A stretch of DNA of 64,000 nt from Patescibacteria group bacterium (lineage in GTDB: Bacteria; Patescibacteriota; Patescibacteriia; XYB2-FULL-38-15), in NCBI GenBank assembly GCA_041737355.1, contig JBGSRW010000008.1, positions 24,466 through 88,465 on the forward strand. The letters are read 5' to 3'. The notes below the pieces were generated by a model, which made no database searches, was not told the DNA's origin, and saw nothing but the letters and a program-made list of their open reading frames with translations. The number at the start of each line of letters is the position of its first letter. Positions within the stretch are counted from its first letter, which is position 1. Positions 36,398 to 45,964 of the stretch are shown in pieces. A program made the translations under genes and the position numbers.

Positions 36398-37216
36398 ATG
36401 GAGCCAATCATTTTACCCTCCAAAATAGAAATCAAAAAGGGAAAACTTCCGAACGAAGCGGTTGTTACTGTTGAACCGTGTTATTACGGTTACGGAACAA
36501 CTTTGGGCAACGCTCTCAGGCGCGTTATTATTTCCAGTTTGCCTGGAGCGGCAGCAACAGCGGTTAAAATCAAAGGGGTCCAGCATGAGTTTTCCACTAT
36601 TCCGCACGTCAAAGAAGACGTGATAGAAGTTCTTCTCAACTTGAAACAATTGAGAATGAAAGTCTATTCGACGGAGCCAGTAAGATTGGTTCTTAAAGCC
36701 AAGGGGGAAAAAGAAGTTACGGCCAAGGATATAGAAGATTCGGCCGACGTGGAGATAATCAATAAAGATCTGCACATCGCCGAAATGACAAGCAAAAACG
36801 CCGATCTGGAAATGGAAATTTTTGTAAGCCAGGGCCGCGGATATGTTCCGGTAGAGGCCAGAGAAAAGGAAAAATTGGAGCTTGGGGCGATTGCTATCGA
36901 TTCCATTTTTACTCCGATCAAAAATATCGGCTATAAGGTTGAGAATGTCCGCGTTGGCGATATAACAAACTACGACAAATTAACTTTGAATATTGAAACG
37001 GACGGAACTATTGCGCCGGAGGAAGCCTTGGAACAGGGGGTCAAGCTCTTAACCGATCATTTCAATCTTTTTCTTGGCAAGCCCGCGGCGGAAGAGGAAT
37101 CGGTTAAAGAGGAAACCGCCGAGGAGACTGAGCCGGCTGAAGAAAAAGAAGAGAAAGCGGATGACGCCGGAGAAAAGGCTAAGAAAAAAAGAGGAAGGCC
37201 AAAAAAGGCAAAATAG
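36398..37216 (+). CDS. rpoA: RNA polymerase alpha subunit, N-terminal domain only, with acidic tail ending in an AT-hook (no alpha-CTD)
   Basis: Alpha-NTD (VTVEPCYYGYGTTLGNALRRVIISSLPGAA...) through about aa 228. Then KPAAEEESVKEETAEETEPAEEKEEKADDAGEKAKKKRGRPKKAK. No helix-hairpin-helix CTD. Alpha-operon context (rpsD-rpoA-rplQ). Confidence 0.85.
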   Translation: MEPIILPSKIEIKKGKLPNEAVVTVEPCYYGYGTTLGNALRRVIISSLPGAAATAVKIKGVQHEFSTIPHVKEDVIEVLLNLKQLRMKVYSTEPVRLVLKAKGEKEVTAKDIEDSADVEIINKDLHIAEMTSKNADLEMEIFVSQGRGYVPVEAREKEKLELGAIAIDSIFTPIKNIGYKVENVRVGDITNYDKLTLNIETDGTIAPEEALEQGVKLLTDHFNLFLGKPAAEEESVKEETAEETEPAEEKEEKADDAGEKAKKKRGRPKKAK

Positions 37217-37239
37217 TCCCCGGTACGTAACTAAACCTT

Positions 37240-37590
37240 ATGAGACACAGAAAAAAAGGAAAAACTTTAGACAGGAAAGTCGGACCGCGCAAGGCATTGC
37301 TCAGGAACCTGGCGGTCAGCTTGATTTTGTATGAAAAAATACAAACAACTAAGGCAAAAGCTAAAACGATAAAACCGATCGTAGAAAGATTAATCACCAA
37401 GGGAAAGGTTAATACGCTTGTGGCGAGACGTAATCTTTTGAAATATTTGTACAAGGAGGCTGCCGTGAAAAAGATTCTTGAAGATATCGGACCCAGGTAT
37501 AAAGATAGAAAAGGCGGTTATACGAGAATTTTAAATCTTGGCCGGCGAGCGGGGGACGCGGCGGAAATTGTCCAAATTGAATTAGTGTAA
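37240..37590 (+). CDS. rplQ: 50S ribosomal protein L17
   Basis: MRHRKKGKTLDRKVGPRKALLRNLAVSL, 116 aa. Confidence 0.9.
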   Translation: MRHRKKGKTLDRKVGPRKALLRNLAVSLILYEKIQTTKAKAKTIKPIVERLITKGKVNTLVARRNLLKYLYKEAAVKKILEDIGPRYKDRKGGYTRILNLGRRAGDAAEIVQIELV

Positions 37591-37594
37591 ATTT

Positions 37595-37960
37595 ATGCCG
37601 AAAGCAACAATAAAAAGACAAACCCATACGATAGACGCGTCCGAGTTTACTCTCGGCAGATTGGCGGCAAAAGTCGCCCTACTTTTGCGTGGTAAGGGAA
37701 GGGCTTCTTTCCGTTTTGATCTTGATCAGGGAGACTTTGTCAATGTTATTAACGCCGCAAAAGTAAAATTTACGGGAAAAAAGTTTGTCCAGAAAAAATA
37801 TTTTTGGCATACATTTTATCCGGGCGGAGTAAAACAGCCTACCTTGAAAGAACTTTTTGAAAAAAGTCCGAAAAGAGTTATCTGGAAAGCGGTTTGGGGC
37901 ATGATTCCGAAGAACAGAACGCGAGAGAAAATAATCAAGAGGTTAAAAATCACTGAATAG
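37595..37960 (+). CDS. rplM: 50S ribosomal protein L13
   Basis: LGRLAAKVALLLRGK...VWGMIPKN, 121 aa. Confidence 0.9.
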   Translation: MPKATIKRQTHTIDASEFTLGRLAAKVALLLRGKGRASFRFDLDQGDFVNVINAAKVKFTGKKFVQKKYFWHTFYPGGVKQPTLKELFEKSPKRVIWKAVWGMIPKNRTREKIIKRLKITE

Positions 37961-37967
37961 ATAAAAT

Positions 37968-38519
37968 ATGACAGCGGAAACTAAAAAACCAAAAAAGACA
38001 ATAAAGGCGGTAAAAGCGGTAAAACCGGCGAAGAAAGCCGTGAAGAAAAAAATAATTCCGGCTAAAGCGGAAGTGGTTGAAGAAAAAGAAATAATACTTG
38101 AAGAAGAAAAAATGACCGAAGAAAAAAAATCTGGATATCTTTACGCGGTCGGCAGGAGAAAACAGGCGATTGCCACCGTTAAACTTCATAAAAATGGTAA
38201 GGGCAAAATAACCGTTAACGGAAAATTTTATACAGAATATTTCCCGACAGACGATTTAGAGCAGATTGTTTCCGCGCCTCTGAAATCGGTAGGCCAGGCA
38301 GATAAAGTCGATATTGAAGCAAAAGTTTTATCCGGCGGTAAGCACGGCCAAGCCGAAGCGGTCCGTTTGGGAATTTCCAGAGCTTTGGTGCTTCTAAACA
38401 TTAATTTTAAAAAAAATTTGAGAAAAGCCGGATTTTTGACCCGCGATCCGAGATCCAAAGAAAGAAAGAAACCGGGTTTAAAGAAGGCAAGGCGGGCGCC
38501 ACAATGGCAGAAACGTTAA
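37968..38519 (+). CDS. rpsI: 30S ribosomal protein S9 with about 55-aa Lys/Glu-rich N-terminal extension
   Basis: C-terminal GGKHGQAEAVRLGISRALV...RDPRSKERKKPGLKKARRAPQWQKR. Confidence 0.85.
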   Translation: MTAETKKPKKTIKAVKAVKPAKKAVKKKIIPAKAEVVEEKEIILEEEKMTEEKKSGYLYAVGRRKQAIATVKLHKNGKGKITVNGKFYTEYFPTDDLEQIVSAPLKSVGQADKVDIEAKVLSGGKHGQAEAVRLGISRALVLLNINFKKNLRKAGFLTRDPRSKERKKPGLKKARRAPQWQKR

Positions 38520-38541
38520 AGAAAAAAATGCTATAATAAAA

Positions 38542-38565
38542 GGGACGTTAATCCGTCCCTTTTTC
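38542..38565 (+). terminator. Hairpin plus T-run after rpsI, immediately before the queA start
   Basis: GGGACG-TTAATC-CGTCCC followed by TTTTT. ATG of queA 3 nt downstream, so partial readthrough is likely. Confidence 0.5.
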
Positions 38566-38567
38566 GT

Positions 38568-39584
38568 ATGAAGCTATCCGAATTTGATTTTAATCTCCCG
38601 AAAAATTTGATTGCCCAAAAACCGGCCTCGCCGCGCGATGCCTGCCGGCTCATGGTGCTTGACCGTGAAAGGGAAACTATCCGGCACGATCGGTTTTATA
38701 ATCTCGGGAAATATTTGCAGCAAGGCGATGTTCTAGTTTTAAATAATTCCAAGGTTCTGCCGGCAAGATTATTGGGTAAAAAAGCGACGGGCGGCAAGGT
38801 GGAAATATTACTCCTGAAACAAGTTTCGTCGGCCACGTGGCAGTGTTTGGTCGGTTTTGTGCCGATAACTAAACAGGTTGGTTTGAAAATAAAGTTTAGC
38901 GGAAAATTAAGCGGTGAAATTATCAAAAGAGCAGGGGATACGGCCGTTATTAAATTTAATTTGAGCGGTACGAAATTAATGGAGAAAATTTTTGAAATCG
39001 GCCAGCCGCCGACCCCGCCGTATATAAAACGATTGGCTAAAAGTGCGGAATATCAAACTGTTTACGCGGAAAAGTTAGGATCGGTTGCCGCGCCAACCGC
39101 TGGAATGCATTTTACGAAACCCTTGATGAATCAATTAAAAAAGATGGGTGTGCAGATCGAATATATAACACTCCATGTCGGACTTGGCACTTTTCAACCG
39201 GTGAAAGAGGAAGATATTACGAAACACAAAATTCATAGCGAATATTTTGAACTAGATAAAAAAACCGCCGAGCGGCTGAACGAGGCCAAGCGCGCCGGCC
39301 GACGGATTATTGCCTGCGGAACAACTACAGTGCGGGTTTTGGAATCGAGCGTTCGCAGCGGAAAATTACGCGCCAAAAGCGGTGAAACAAGTATCTTCAT
39401 TTACCCCGGCTACAAATTAAAAGTCATCGACGCTTTAATTACAAATTTTCACGTGCCAAAATCAACGCTCATCATGCTCGTCGCCGCTTTCGCCGGAAAG
39501 AAATTCGTTGATTGTGCTTACCAAACCGCCATTAAGAAAAAATATAGATTCTATTCCTTCGGCGATTCAATGCTAATTTTATAA
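38568..39584 (+). CDS. queA: S-adenosylmethionine:tRNA ribosyltransferase-isomerase QueA
   Basis: MKLSEFDFNLPKNLIAQKPASPRDACRLMVL...VLNNSKVLPARL, 338 aa. Confidence 0.9.
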   Translation: MKLSEFDFNLPKNLIAQKPASPRDACRLMVLDRERETIRHDRFYNLGKYLQQGDVLVLNNSKVLPARLLGKKATGGKVEILLLKQVSSATWQCLVGFVPITKQVGLKIKFSGKLSGEIIKRAGDTAVIKFNLSGTKLMEKIFEIGQPPTPPYIKRLAKSAEYQTVYAEKLGSVAAPTAGMHFTKPLMNQLKKMGVQIEYITLHVGLGTFQPVKEEDITKHKIHSEYFELDKKTAERLNEAKRAGRRIIACGTTTVRVLESSVRSGKLRAKSGETSIFIYPGYKLKVIDALITNFHVPKSTLIMLVAAFAGKKFVDCAYQTAIKKKYRFYSFGDSMLIL

Positions 39585-39585
39585 A

Positions 39586-39614
39586 TTGACTAATACGCAG
39601 AAATAGTTCTAAAT
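39586..39614 (+). promoter_or_regulatory. Possible promoter TTGACT-17-CTAAAT upstream of small high-GC ORF
   Basis: TTGACT at 39586-39591. Weak -10. RBS GAAGGAGGG 6 nt before ATG 39636. Confidence 0.3.
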
Positions 39615-39635
39615 AAAACTAGAAGGAGGGTAGCT

Positions 39636-39821
39636 ATGGCAGAAGAAAATAGCGGGAAACCGCGGGATGATCGAAGTGATCGCGACCGTGATGTTCCAGG
39701 AATGCCCAAGGGATGGCGGCCCGGAGACCTGATCGTGATTCCGCTTGGACCTGAAGACGAATTTCCTGAGAGCAGGATGGATTTCTCTCTCCCGTTCTGG
39801 GTGGGAACGCCCGTGGAGTAG
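39636..39821 (+). CDS. Hypothetical high-GC small protein (61 aa)
   Basis: Strong SD, high GC, followed by terminator. MAEENSGKPRDDRSDRDRD... Confidence 0.4.
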   Translation: MAEENSGKPRDDRSDRDRDVPGMPKGWRPGDLIVIPLGPEDEFPESRMDFSLPFWVGTPVE

Positions 39822-39856
39822 CTCGGCCCAATCTCCACTACTGCTTGTGCCATCAT

Positions 39857-39887
39857 CGGCGCCGAGCTCCGCTCGCGCCGTTTTTTT
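39857..39887 (+). terminator. GC-rich hairpin plus T7 terminator
   Basis: GGCGCCGAGC-TCC-GCTCGCGCC followed by TTTTTTT. Confidence 0.5.
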
Positions 39888-39947
39888 ATCCATTGATTTT
39901 TTATATTAGTATGGTAAGGTAAATCGATTTCCTAAAGGAGGGAGGGA

Positions 39948-40814
39948 ATGCAAAAAAAGGAGATGTCTCCTGAAAGTGTGAGCGAGTGCGCTCGTCTGAC
40001 TGAAGCGGAACTGGCCAACTTGGGCGTTGTCCTTTCCGCCTACCGTTCTTTCCGAGGCGACCGGCGTCGACATATCGCCTACGTCACGATGCCGATCACG
40101 ACCGGCCGGCGGTTGCGCGACATCCTGACAACGCGCCACGCGAAGAGCGCCGCAGAACTTGCGGCCAAAATCGGCAGAGAGGCCTTTTTTGACCTCGTGA
40201 TCAGACCAAACATCGCGGAGGGAATTGCTTTTGCCGACAGAGTCGCAGCAAGGGATTCACTGCTTTGCGTTGCGCCTTCGGTGTTCAGTGCCAGGTGCTG
40301 GCAATGGTCGCAGGATGCCTACATGTCCCTTTGGTACCGCGTTCTGGGAGAAATGGCCGGAGCGCATTATCTCATGGACGGCTGGGAATACTCCGTCGGC
40401 GGCGTGAAAGAAGCGATGTTTTCCATGGCCATGCAGTGGCGCATCTTCCGGCGCTACAACATCCACAAGATGGCGCAGGCCTGGGGTCTAGAGAATTTTC
40501 ATCCCGGCATGAGCCCGCAAGCGGAAATAGCCGAGCTTGAGCGCATGTGGAGCATCCGCCTTTACGACGAACAGGGCAAGGAACTTCGCATCGATCAAAT
40601 CCTGGCGATGGTTGTTCGCGCAATCAAGGAGCTGGCAAAAAACGGCTTGCCGTACGAGGATCTGCTCGGCCCCGCCCGGAACCTGAAGGGGATGCCCATA
40701 CTGTCACCGCTTATCGGCGGCGGCAACCGGTATGACGAGCCGTTTGTTCCGGAAGTGACGGATGCGTACGTGATGGCGGCAGATGAGCTCGTGGCATTCG
40801 AGGCCGCCCATTAA
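39948..40814 (+). CDS. Hypothetical high-GC protein (288 aa), unknown function
   Basis: RBS AAAGGAGGGAGGG. Very high GC. Alternate frames are Arg-rich artefacts. No recognised motif (YVTMPITTGRR...). Confidence 0.6.
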   Translation: MQKKEMSPESVSECARLTEAELANLGVVLSAYRSFRGDRRRHIAYVTMPITTGRRLRDILTTRHAKSAAELAAKIGREAFFDLVIRPNIAEGIAFADRVAARDSLLCVAPSVFSARCWQWSQDAYMSLWYRVLGEMAGAHYLMDGWEYSVGGVKEAMFSMAMQWRIFRRYNIHKMAQAWGLENFHPGMSPQAEIAELERMWSIRLYDEQGKELRIDQILAMVVRAIKELAKNGLPYEDLLGPARNLKGMPILSPLIGGGNRYDEPFVPEVTDAYVMAADELVAFEAAH

Positions 40815-40919
40815 CGCGGCAGGAGTCGCTCATAGTCGAGATAACGACGCGGACAGCAGTTTGCGTCGTTCTTTTTATTGATTTTTTCTATAAATCGCGG
40901 TAAAATTGGATAATTACTT

Positions 40920-42401
40920 ATGGCGTATGAACCCGGAAAAATAGCGAAAAATACGATATACCTGACGATTGCCACAGTCGGACAGAAAGTCCTGGCTTTT
41001 TTGTATTTTATAATGATTGCTCGCCTCGCCGGAGTTGAAGGCACGGGCAAGTATTTTTTCGTTGTTTCCTTTACGACGATTTTTTCTATTTTTGTAGATC
41101 TCGGACTATCCTCGGTTCTCATTCGTGAAACAGCCAAAAACAGGGAAGTGGCCGGAAAATATTTGGGAAATATCTTAGGGGCTAAATTGATTCTTGGCGT
41201 TTTTACTTATCTGGCGGTTGTTTTGACAATCAATATAATGGACTATCCGTCAGCGACTAAATTGATGGTTTATCTTTCCGGTATCGTTATGTTATTAGAT
41301 TCGTTTAATGTAACTTTTTACGCCATTTTCCGCGGCCGGCAGAATTTGCGTTACGAATCGGTCGGAGTTGTCGCGAGTGAAGCTTTAATTATAATTTTCG
41401 GCGCCGCGAGTTTATTTCTTCACGCGCCTTTATATTTTTTGCTTCTTGCCCTGATGTCGGGAAGCATTTTTAATTTCTGTTTTTCTCTGATTTTACTTTT
41501 TAAAAAAACCGACGTCCGGCCACATTTTTCTTGGGATAAAAGTATTTTGATGACGTTGTTTAAAATCGCTTATCCCTTCGCCTTGGCCGGTCTCTTCGTG
41601 AAAATTTATTCTTATCTCGATTCGGTGCTGCTTTCAAAAATGGTTGGCGACACGGCGGTCGGTTTTTGGAGCGTGGCTTATAAACTCACTTATTCTTTTC
41701 AATTTATCCCTATGGCTTTTGCCGCGGCGATGTTCCCGGCTATGAGCGCCTATTTTTGCTACGACAAAAGCCGGCTGAAACAGACTTTCGAGCGGGCGAC
41801 TTTTTATCTGGCTCTTTTGGCTGTTCCTATCGCTTTTGGGATTTTTTCCCTGGCAAGACCGATCGTTCTGACTCTTTACGGATCAGATTACCTATCTTCG
41901 GTTTTACCGCTCCGGGTTGCCGTTTTTACCGTAATTTTTATCTTTTTGAATTATCCGGTGGGCTCGCTCCTTAACGCCTGCGACAGGCAAATGACGAACA
42001 CTCTGATCATGGGGGCGAGCATGGTCTTGAATATTATTTTGAATCTTGTTCTGATTCCGCGTTTAAGTTTTGTCGGGGCGGCAGTTTCCACTCTTGTTTC
42101 CCATTCGTTTCTCTATATTTTGGGGATGATTTTTGCCAATAAGATTGTGGTTTACGGGAAAAGTTTTATTTTTGGATCGTTGGCTAAAATAATTTTTTCA
42201 GCCAGTTTGATGAGCGCATTAATTATATTTTTGAATAAATTTATTTCTTTCTGGTTTTTGGTTCCAATTGGCGGGGCGGTTTACTTCGGATTTCTTTATA
42301 TTTTGCGGGGTATTAGTAAAGAAGATTTCTCGGGAATTTTAAAGTCTTTGAAGAAAAAGCCGGCCGCGGAAATGATCGAAGGAGAAAAGGAAAAAGTATG
42401 A
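40920..42401 (+). CDS. Polysaccharide/oligosaccharide flippase (Wzx/MOP superfamily)
   Basis: 493 aa, 12-14 TMs. N-terminus NTIYLTIATVGQKVLAFLYFIMIARLAGVEGTGKYFF is typical of Wzx/RfbX. Confidence 0.75.
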   Translation: MAYEPGKIAKNTIYLTIATVGQKVLAFLYFIMIARLAGVEGTGKYFFVVSFTTIFSIFVDLGLSSVLIRETAKNREVAGKYLGNILGAKLILGVFTYLAVVLTINIMDYPSATKLMVYLSGIVMLLDSFNVTFYAIFRGRQNLRYESVGVVASEALIIIFGAASLFLHAPLYFLLLALMSGSIFNFCFSLILLFKKTDVRPHFSWDKSILMTLFKIAYPFALAGLFVKIYSYLDSVLLSKMVGDTAVGFWSVAYKLTYSFQFIPMAFAAAMFPAMSAYFCYDKSRLKQTFERATFYLALLAVPIAFGIFSLARPIVLTLYGSDYLSSVLPLRVAVFTVIFIFLNYPVGSLLNACDRQMTNTLIMGASMVLNIILNLVLIPRLSFVGAAVSTLVSHSFLYILGMIFANKIVVYGKSFIFGSLAKIIFSASLMSALIIFLNKFISFWFLVPIGGAVYFGFLYILRGISKEDFSGILKSLKKKPAAEMIEGEKEKV

Positions 42402-43528
42402 AAAAATTATTAATTGCGACAATAGAATTCCCGCCGCAAAGAGGGGGTGTGGCAAATTACTTGGCTGGATTAGCTGGGGCGCTGCCGTGCGATAAAGTGG
42501 CGGTTTTAGCGCCCAAAGCGGTTGGTGTTGAACAATCCGACAATGCCAGGCCTTATAAAATTTATAGAAAAAATTTGATAAGCCGTTTGCCATTTATTTG
42601 GCCAAGATGGTTGCCGTTATTTTTTCATCTTTGGCGGACAGCGCGCCGTGAAAAAGTTGAAGCGATTTTTGCCGGACAGGTTTTGCCTGTCGGCACGGCA
42701 GCGTATTTGCTCAATAAGATTTTTGTTTTGCGATATTTTATTTCCTGTCACGGTATGGATATTTTAACCGCCGCCGGGTCGCCACGCAAGAAAAAGTTGA
42801 TGAATAAAATTTTTGAACAAGCATCGGGTATCATAGCGAACAGTGAATTTACAAAAAAAGAACTTATAAAAATAGGTATTCCGGAAAATAAAATCACGAT
42901 TATCTATCCCTGTCCCGGCGAAGAAGAGGGGATTGGCCAAGAAAAAGTTGAGGAAATTAGAAAAAAACTTGGTTTAGCCGATAAAAAAATAATCCTTACC
43001 GTCGGCCGGCTTGTGGCGAGAAAGGGGCACGACAGACTAATCGAGGCGATACCGCAAATTTTGGCGCGCGTACCAAACGTGATTTACGTTATAATCGGCG
43101 ATGGTCCGGAACGGGAAAGGTTGCAAGCCATAAGTTCCAAATTACAAATTGAAAATAATATTTTATTTACCGGAGAAATTTCAGAAGCTAAAAAGACGGC
43201 GTTTTATCAGCTCTGTGACGTTTTTGCCATGATTCCTCGCCAGATCGGACAGGACGTGGAAGGTTTTGGTACGGTCTATCTAGAAGCAAACCATTTTGGC
43301 AAACCGGTTATTGCCGGCCGAAGCGGCGGCGTAGCCGAAGCGGTACTTAATGGAGTTACGGGATTAGTTGTTGATCCGGAAAATACAGATCAGGTTGTCG
43401 AAGCAGTTATTAAATTATTGATAGATAAAGAATTGGCTAATAAATTTGGAGAACAGGGAAAAACAAGGATTGAAAAAGAATTTAATTGGAAAACACAGAC
43501 AGCAAAATTGGAAAAGCTGATTGGTTAA
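42398..43528 (+). CDS. Glycosyltransferase family 4
   Basis: LTVGRLVARKGHDRLIEA...GDGPERERL and E-x7-E context. 376 aa. 4-nt overlap with the flippase gene. Confidence 0.8.
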   Translation: MKKLLIATIEFPPQRGGVANYLAGLAGALPCDKVAVLAPKAVGVEQSDNARPYKIYRKNLISRLPFIWPRWLPLFFHLWRTARREKVEAIFAGQVLPVGTAAYLLNKIFVLRYFISCHGMDILTAAGSPRKKKLMNKIFEQASGIIANSEFTKKELIKIGIPENKITIIYPCPGEEEGIGQEKVEEIRKKLGLADKKIILTVGRLVARKGHDRLIEAIPQILARVPNVIYVIIGDGPERERLQAISSKLQIENNILFTGEISEAKKTAFYQLCDVFAMIPRQIGQDVEGFGTVYLEANHFGKPVIAGRSGGVAEAVLNGVTGLVVDPENTDQVVEAVIKLLIDKELANKFGEQGKTRIEKEFNWKTQTAKLEKLIG

Positions 43529-43545
43529 TTAGTAATTAAATAAAA

Positions 43546-43580
43546 TAAAAAACCTCCCTGCGTTTGGGAGATTTTTTATT
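43546..43580. terminator. Bidirectional terminator between convergent genes
   Basis: A-run, CTCCC-TGCGTTT-GGGAG, T-run. Functional orientation on both strands. Confidence 0.5.
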
Positions 43581-43587
43581 TATAAAG

Positions 43588-44540
43588 TTAGCCTTTGATA
43601 ATCAGGAAGGCAACGTAAGCAATATAGATAAAAATAAAGAGCACGCCCTGCCATCGTTCAAGCAGCTTTTTTTTGCCAATAAACATAAAAGCAAAGAGAG
43701 CTAAACTTGCAGCGATGGTCATGAGAATATCGATATTGTTGCTTATACTGAAAGGAAGAGGCCGGATAATCGAGCTTACTCCAAGAATCAGAAAAATATT
43801 AAAAATATTTGAACCGACAATATTTCCGACCGCGATGTCGGCATTCTTTTTGTAAGCGGCGACTGCCGAGGTGGCCAGTTCCGGAAGCGAGGTCCCAGCC
43901 GCGACAATTGTCAGGCCGATTAACGATTCGCTGACGCCTAATGAGATTGCAAGCTGTACTGCGCCATCAACAATCCATTTTCCTCCTAAGACTAGACATG
44001 TTACACCAAGCCCAATAAGCAATAACGATTTTTGAATCGATATTTCTTTTATTGGCACCTCTTCTTCGTCGCCGCCCTTGGATATGCCGTAAATATACCA
44101 CATGAAAATAGCGAAGAATGCCAAAAGCATCAGGCCGTCGATTCTCGTTATGGCTGATGAATTAGCGTGATCTATCAGGGCGTCGTTGGCCATAAGGCCG
44201 ATAGTAATTGCCGCCAGGAGGGAAAGGGGAATTTCTTTCCAAACGGTATTTTTTTGACGGCGAGGGGAAAGATAATAGCCGAAATGCCGAGAATTAGGAA
44301 GATATTAAAAATGTTGCTGCCCAGGATGTTACCGATGGCGATGTCCGTCCGTCCCTGGGCGCTCGCGAAAATATTAACGACCATTTCCGGAGCTGAAGTC
44401 CCGAAAGCGACAATTGTTAGGCCGATCACAATAACTGGAATTTTTAATTTTTTAGCTAGAGACGAGGCTCCGTCAACCAGCCAATCCGCGCCCCTGATCA
44501 GGATTCCGAAACCGACAATAAAAAGCAGATAAGTGAGCAT
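43588..44540 (-). pseudogene. Na+/Ca2+ exchanger (CaCA/YrbG family) split by a frameshift
   Basis: ORF 44175-44540 encodes the alpha-1 repeat half (GTSAPEMVVNIFA...GNILGSNIFNIFLILG). ORF 43588-44193 encodes the alpha-2 half (GTSLPELATSAVAA...GNIVGSNIFNIFLILG). They lie in different frames and overlap near an A7 homopolymer around 44252-44258. Confidence 0.55.
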
Positions 44541-44555
44541 AGTTAAGATTATTTA

Positions 44556-45503
44556 TTATTTCTTTTTAGCAAAATAAATATCCGCTTCAATCATTTTATC
44601 ATCCTTGAAAAAATGATGTGTGAAATAAACATTTCCTTCGTTGTCGGTTGAAGCTTCTCCCGCCAGGGGGGAGAACATCAATTCAGGCTTTTGCCATTCT
44701 CCGTTATTTTTTTTCGATCTCCATATTCCGTAGTCTCTTGTAATCCAAAGTTCGCTGTTGTCGGGGCTTAGGGCCGGATAACCGTCATCTCTTTCGGTAT
44801 TAACAGCCGAGACATTGGCGGGCTCTTGCCATTCTCCGTTTACTTTTTTTGACATCCAAATATCCCTGCCCCCCTTTCCACCGGCCTTGTTATCCGCGTG
44901 AAAATATAATTCCTGGCCGTCGCTTGATATATGTAACTCTCCCGTTTTGTATTCTTCGGTTTTTAGTTCTTCGTCGGCAATCCTCCAGTTTTGCCATTTC
45001 CCGTTAATATAATCAGCTTTGAACCAATGAATTCCCTCGTACCCCTCTCTAACGGTGCAAAAATACATTAGGTCATTTTGGACAAATTCACAGCCGTCCC
45101 CGTTTGCCTTATTGGCTTTTTGCAAAAGCACTCTTTCTGGTTTTTGCCACTCTCCATTGATTTTTTTTGCAAAATAGATTCCGGTTACGTTATCCGAAAC
45201 TTGTTTTTCGACAGGAACTCTTACGTCCGGAGTGAAAAAGAAATAAAGCGTTTGGCCGTCCGGCATAATAAAAGCTGAATCCTCGGCACCAGCCGTATTG
45301 ACCGGTGAGGGAAGGGGAGCGGGATCTTCGTAATCCGCAGAGAGCGACTTTACCGGAGCGGCGTCGGTTTTGGGAGTCATTTTGACCGCTTCGACGGGAA
45401 TTTTACTTTCTCGGGTTGGCAATTCGGTTGGCGTTTGTTCACATCCGGCGCCAAGAGCGGCGACGCTGATTATCGCGGCGCAAAGCGATAAGAGTTTATT
45501 CAT
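44556..45503 (-). CDS. Lipoprotein with TolB-like (PD40) beta-propeller repeats
   Basis: Lipobox MNKLLSLCAAIISVAALGAGC. Repeated GEWQKP/NGKWQNW/NGEWQEP blades. Start taken at the MNKLL methionine. Confidence 0.6.
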   Translation of the reverse strand: MNKLLSLCAAIISVAALGAGCEQTPTELPTRESKIPVEAVKMTPKTDAAPVKSLSADYEDPAPLPSPVNTAGAEDSAFIMPDGQTLYFFFTPDVRVPVEKQVSDNVTGIYFAKKINGEWQKPERVLLQKANKANGDGCEFVQNDLMYFCTVREGYEGIHWFKADYINGKWQNWRIADEELKTEEYKTGELHISSDGQELYFHADNKAGGKGGRDIWMSKKVNGEWQEPANVSAVNTERDDGYPALSPDNSELWITRDYGIWRSKKNNGEWQKPELMFSPLAGEASTDNEGNVYFTHHFFKDDKMIEADIYFAKKK

Positions 45504-45963
45504 TTTTTGATTTTTCGTATTTATATTTAAATTTATTGAATTCTTCTTCATATGCATCGTCGCTGATTTTTTTAAAACCGGCTCGCTCGTGGGAAACAAT
45601 TGACGGGCGGTTTTTTCTATCGATGGTAGCTATTAATGTGTTTAACCCCTCTTTGCTCATCAGCGCTTCGTAGAATTTTGGCACCAGCTCCTTACCGCGG
45701 TGTTTCGGGTCAATGACAATATGGGTAACATTTTGTTCATCTTCGGTATCGTAAACGCCAACAATGCCAAGTTTTTCTCCATCCTCGCCGATAACCGTGT
45801 GGTACTTCTGGTTTTTGCAGTTTTCCTGGCCAAGAGCAATCCAGCCATCTTCTCCTTCGAGAGTTTTAAAATAGTCCGCATCGAAATCAGCCAGTTCTTC
45901 AACTTTTATTTCTTTTTTTTCTTGCATTTCTATCGTCGGTCCGTTTGCTTCAGGATTTGTCAT
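45496..45963 (-). CDS. GNAT-family N-acetyltransferase (weak)
   Basis: HIVIDPKHRGKELVPKFYEAL...NRPSIVSHERAGFK resembles GNAT motifs A and B. 155 aa. Confidence 0.5.
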   Translation of the reverse strand: MTNPEANGPTIEMQEKKEIKVEELADFDADYFKTLEGEDGWIALGQENCKNQKYHTVIGEDGEKLGIVGVYDTEDEQNVTHIVIDPKHRGKELVPKFYEALMSKEGLNTLIATIDRKNRPSIVSHERAGFKKISDDAYEEEFNKFKYKYEKSKNE

Positions 45964-45964
45964 A

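Noticed and set aside
38529-38537. TGCTATAAT -10-like element between rpsI and queA
   Set aside because: It lies upstream of the rpsI terminator hairpin and only 30 nt before the queA ATG. Cannot distinguish a real promoter from chance in this AT-rich spacer.
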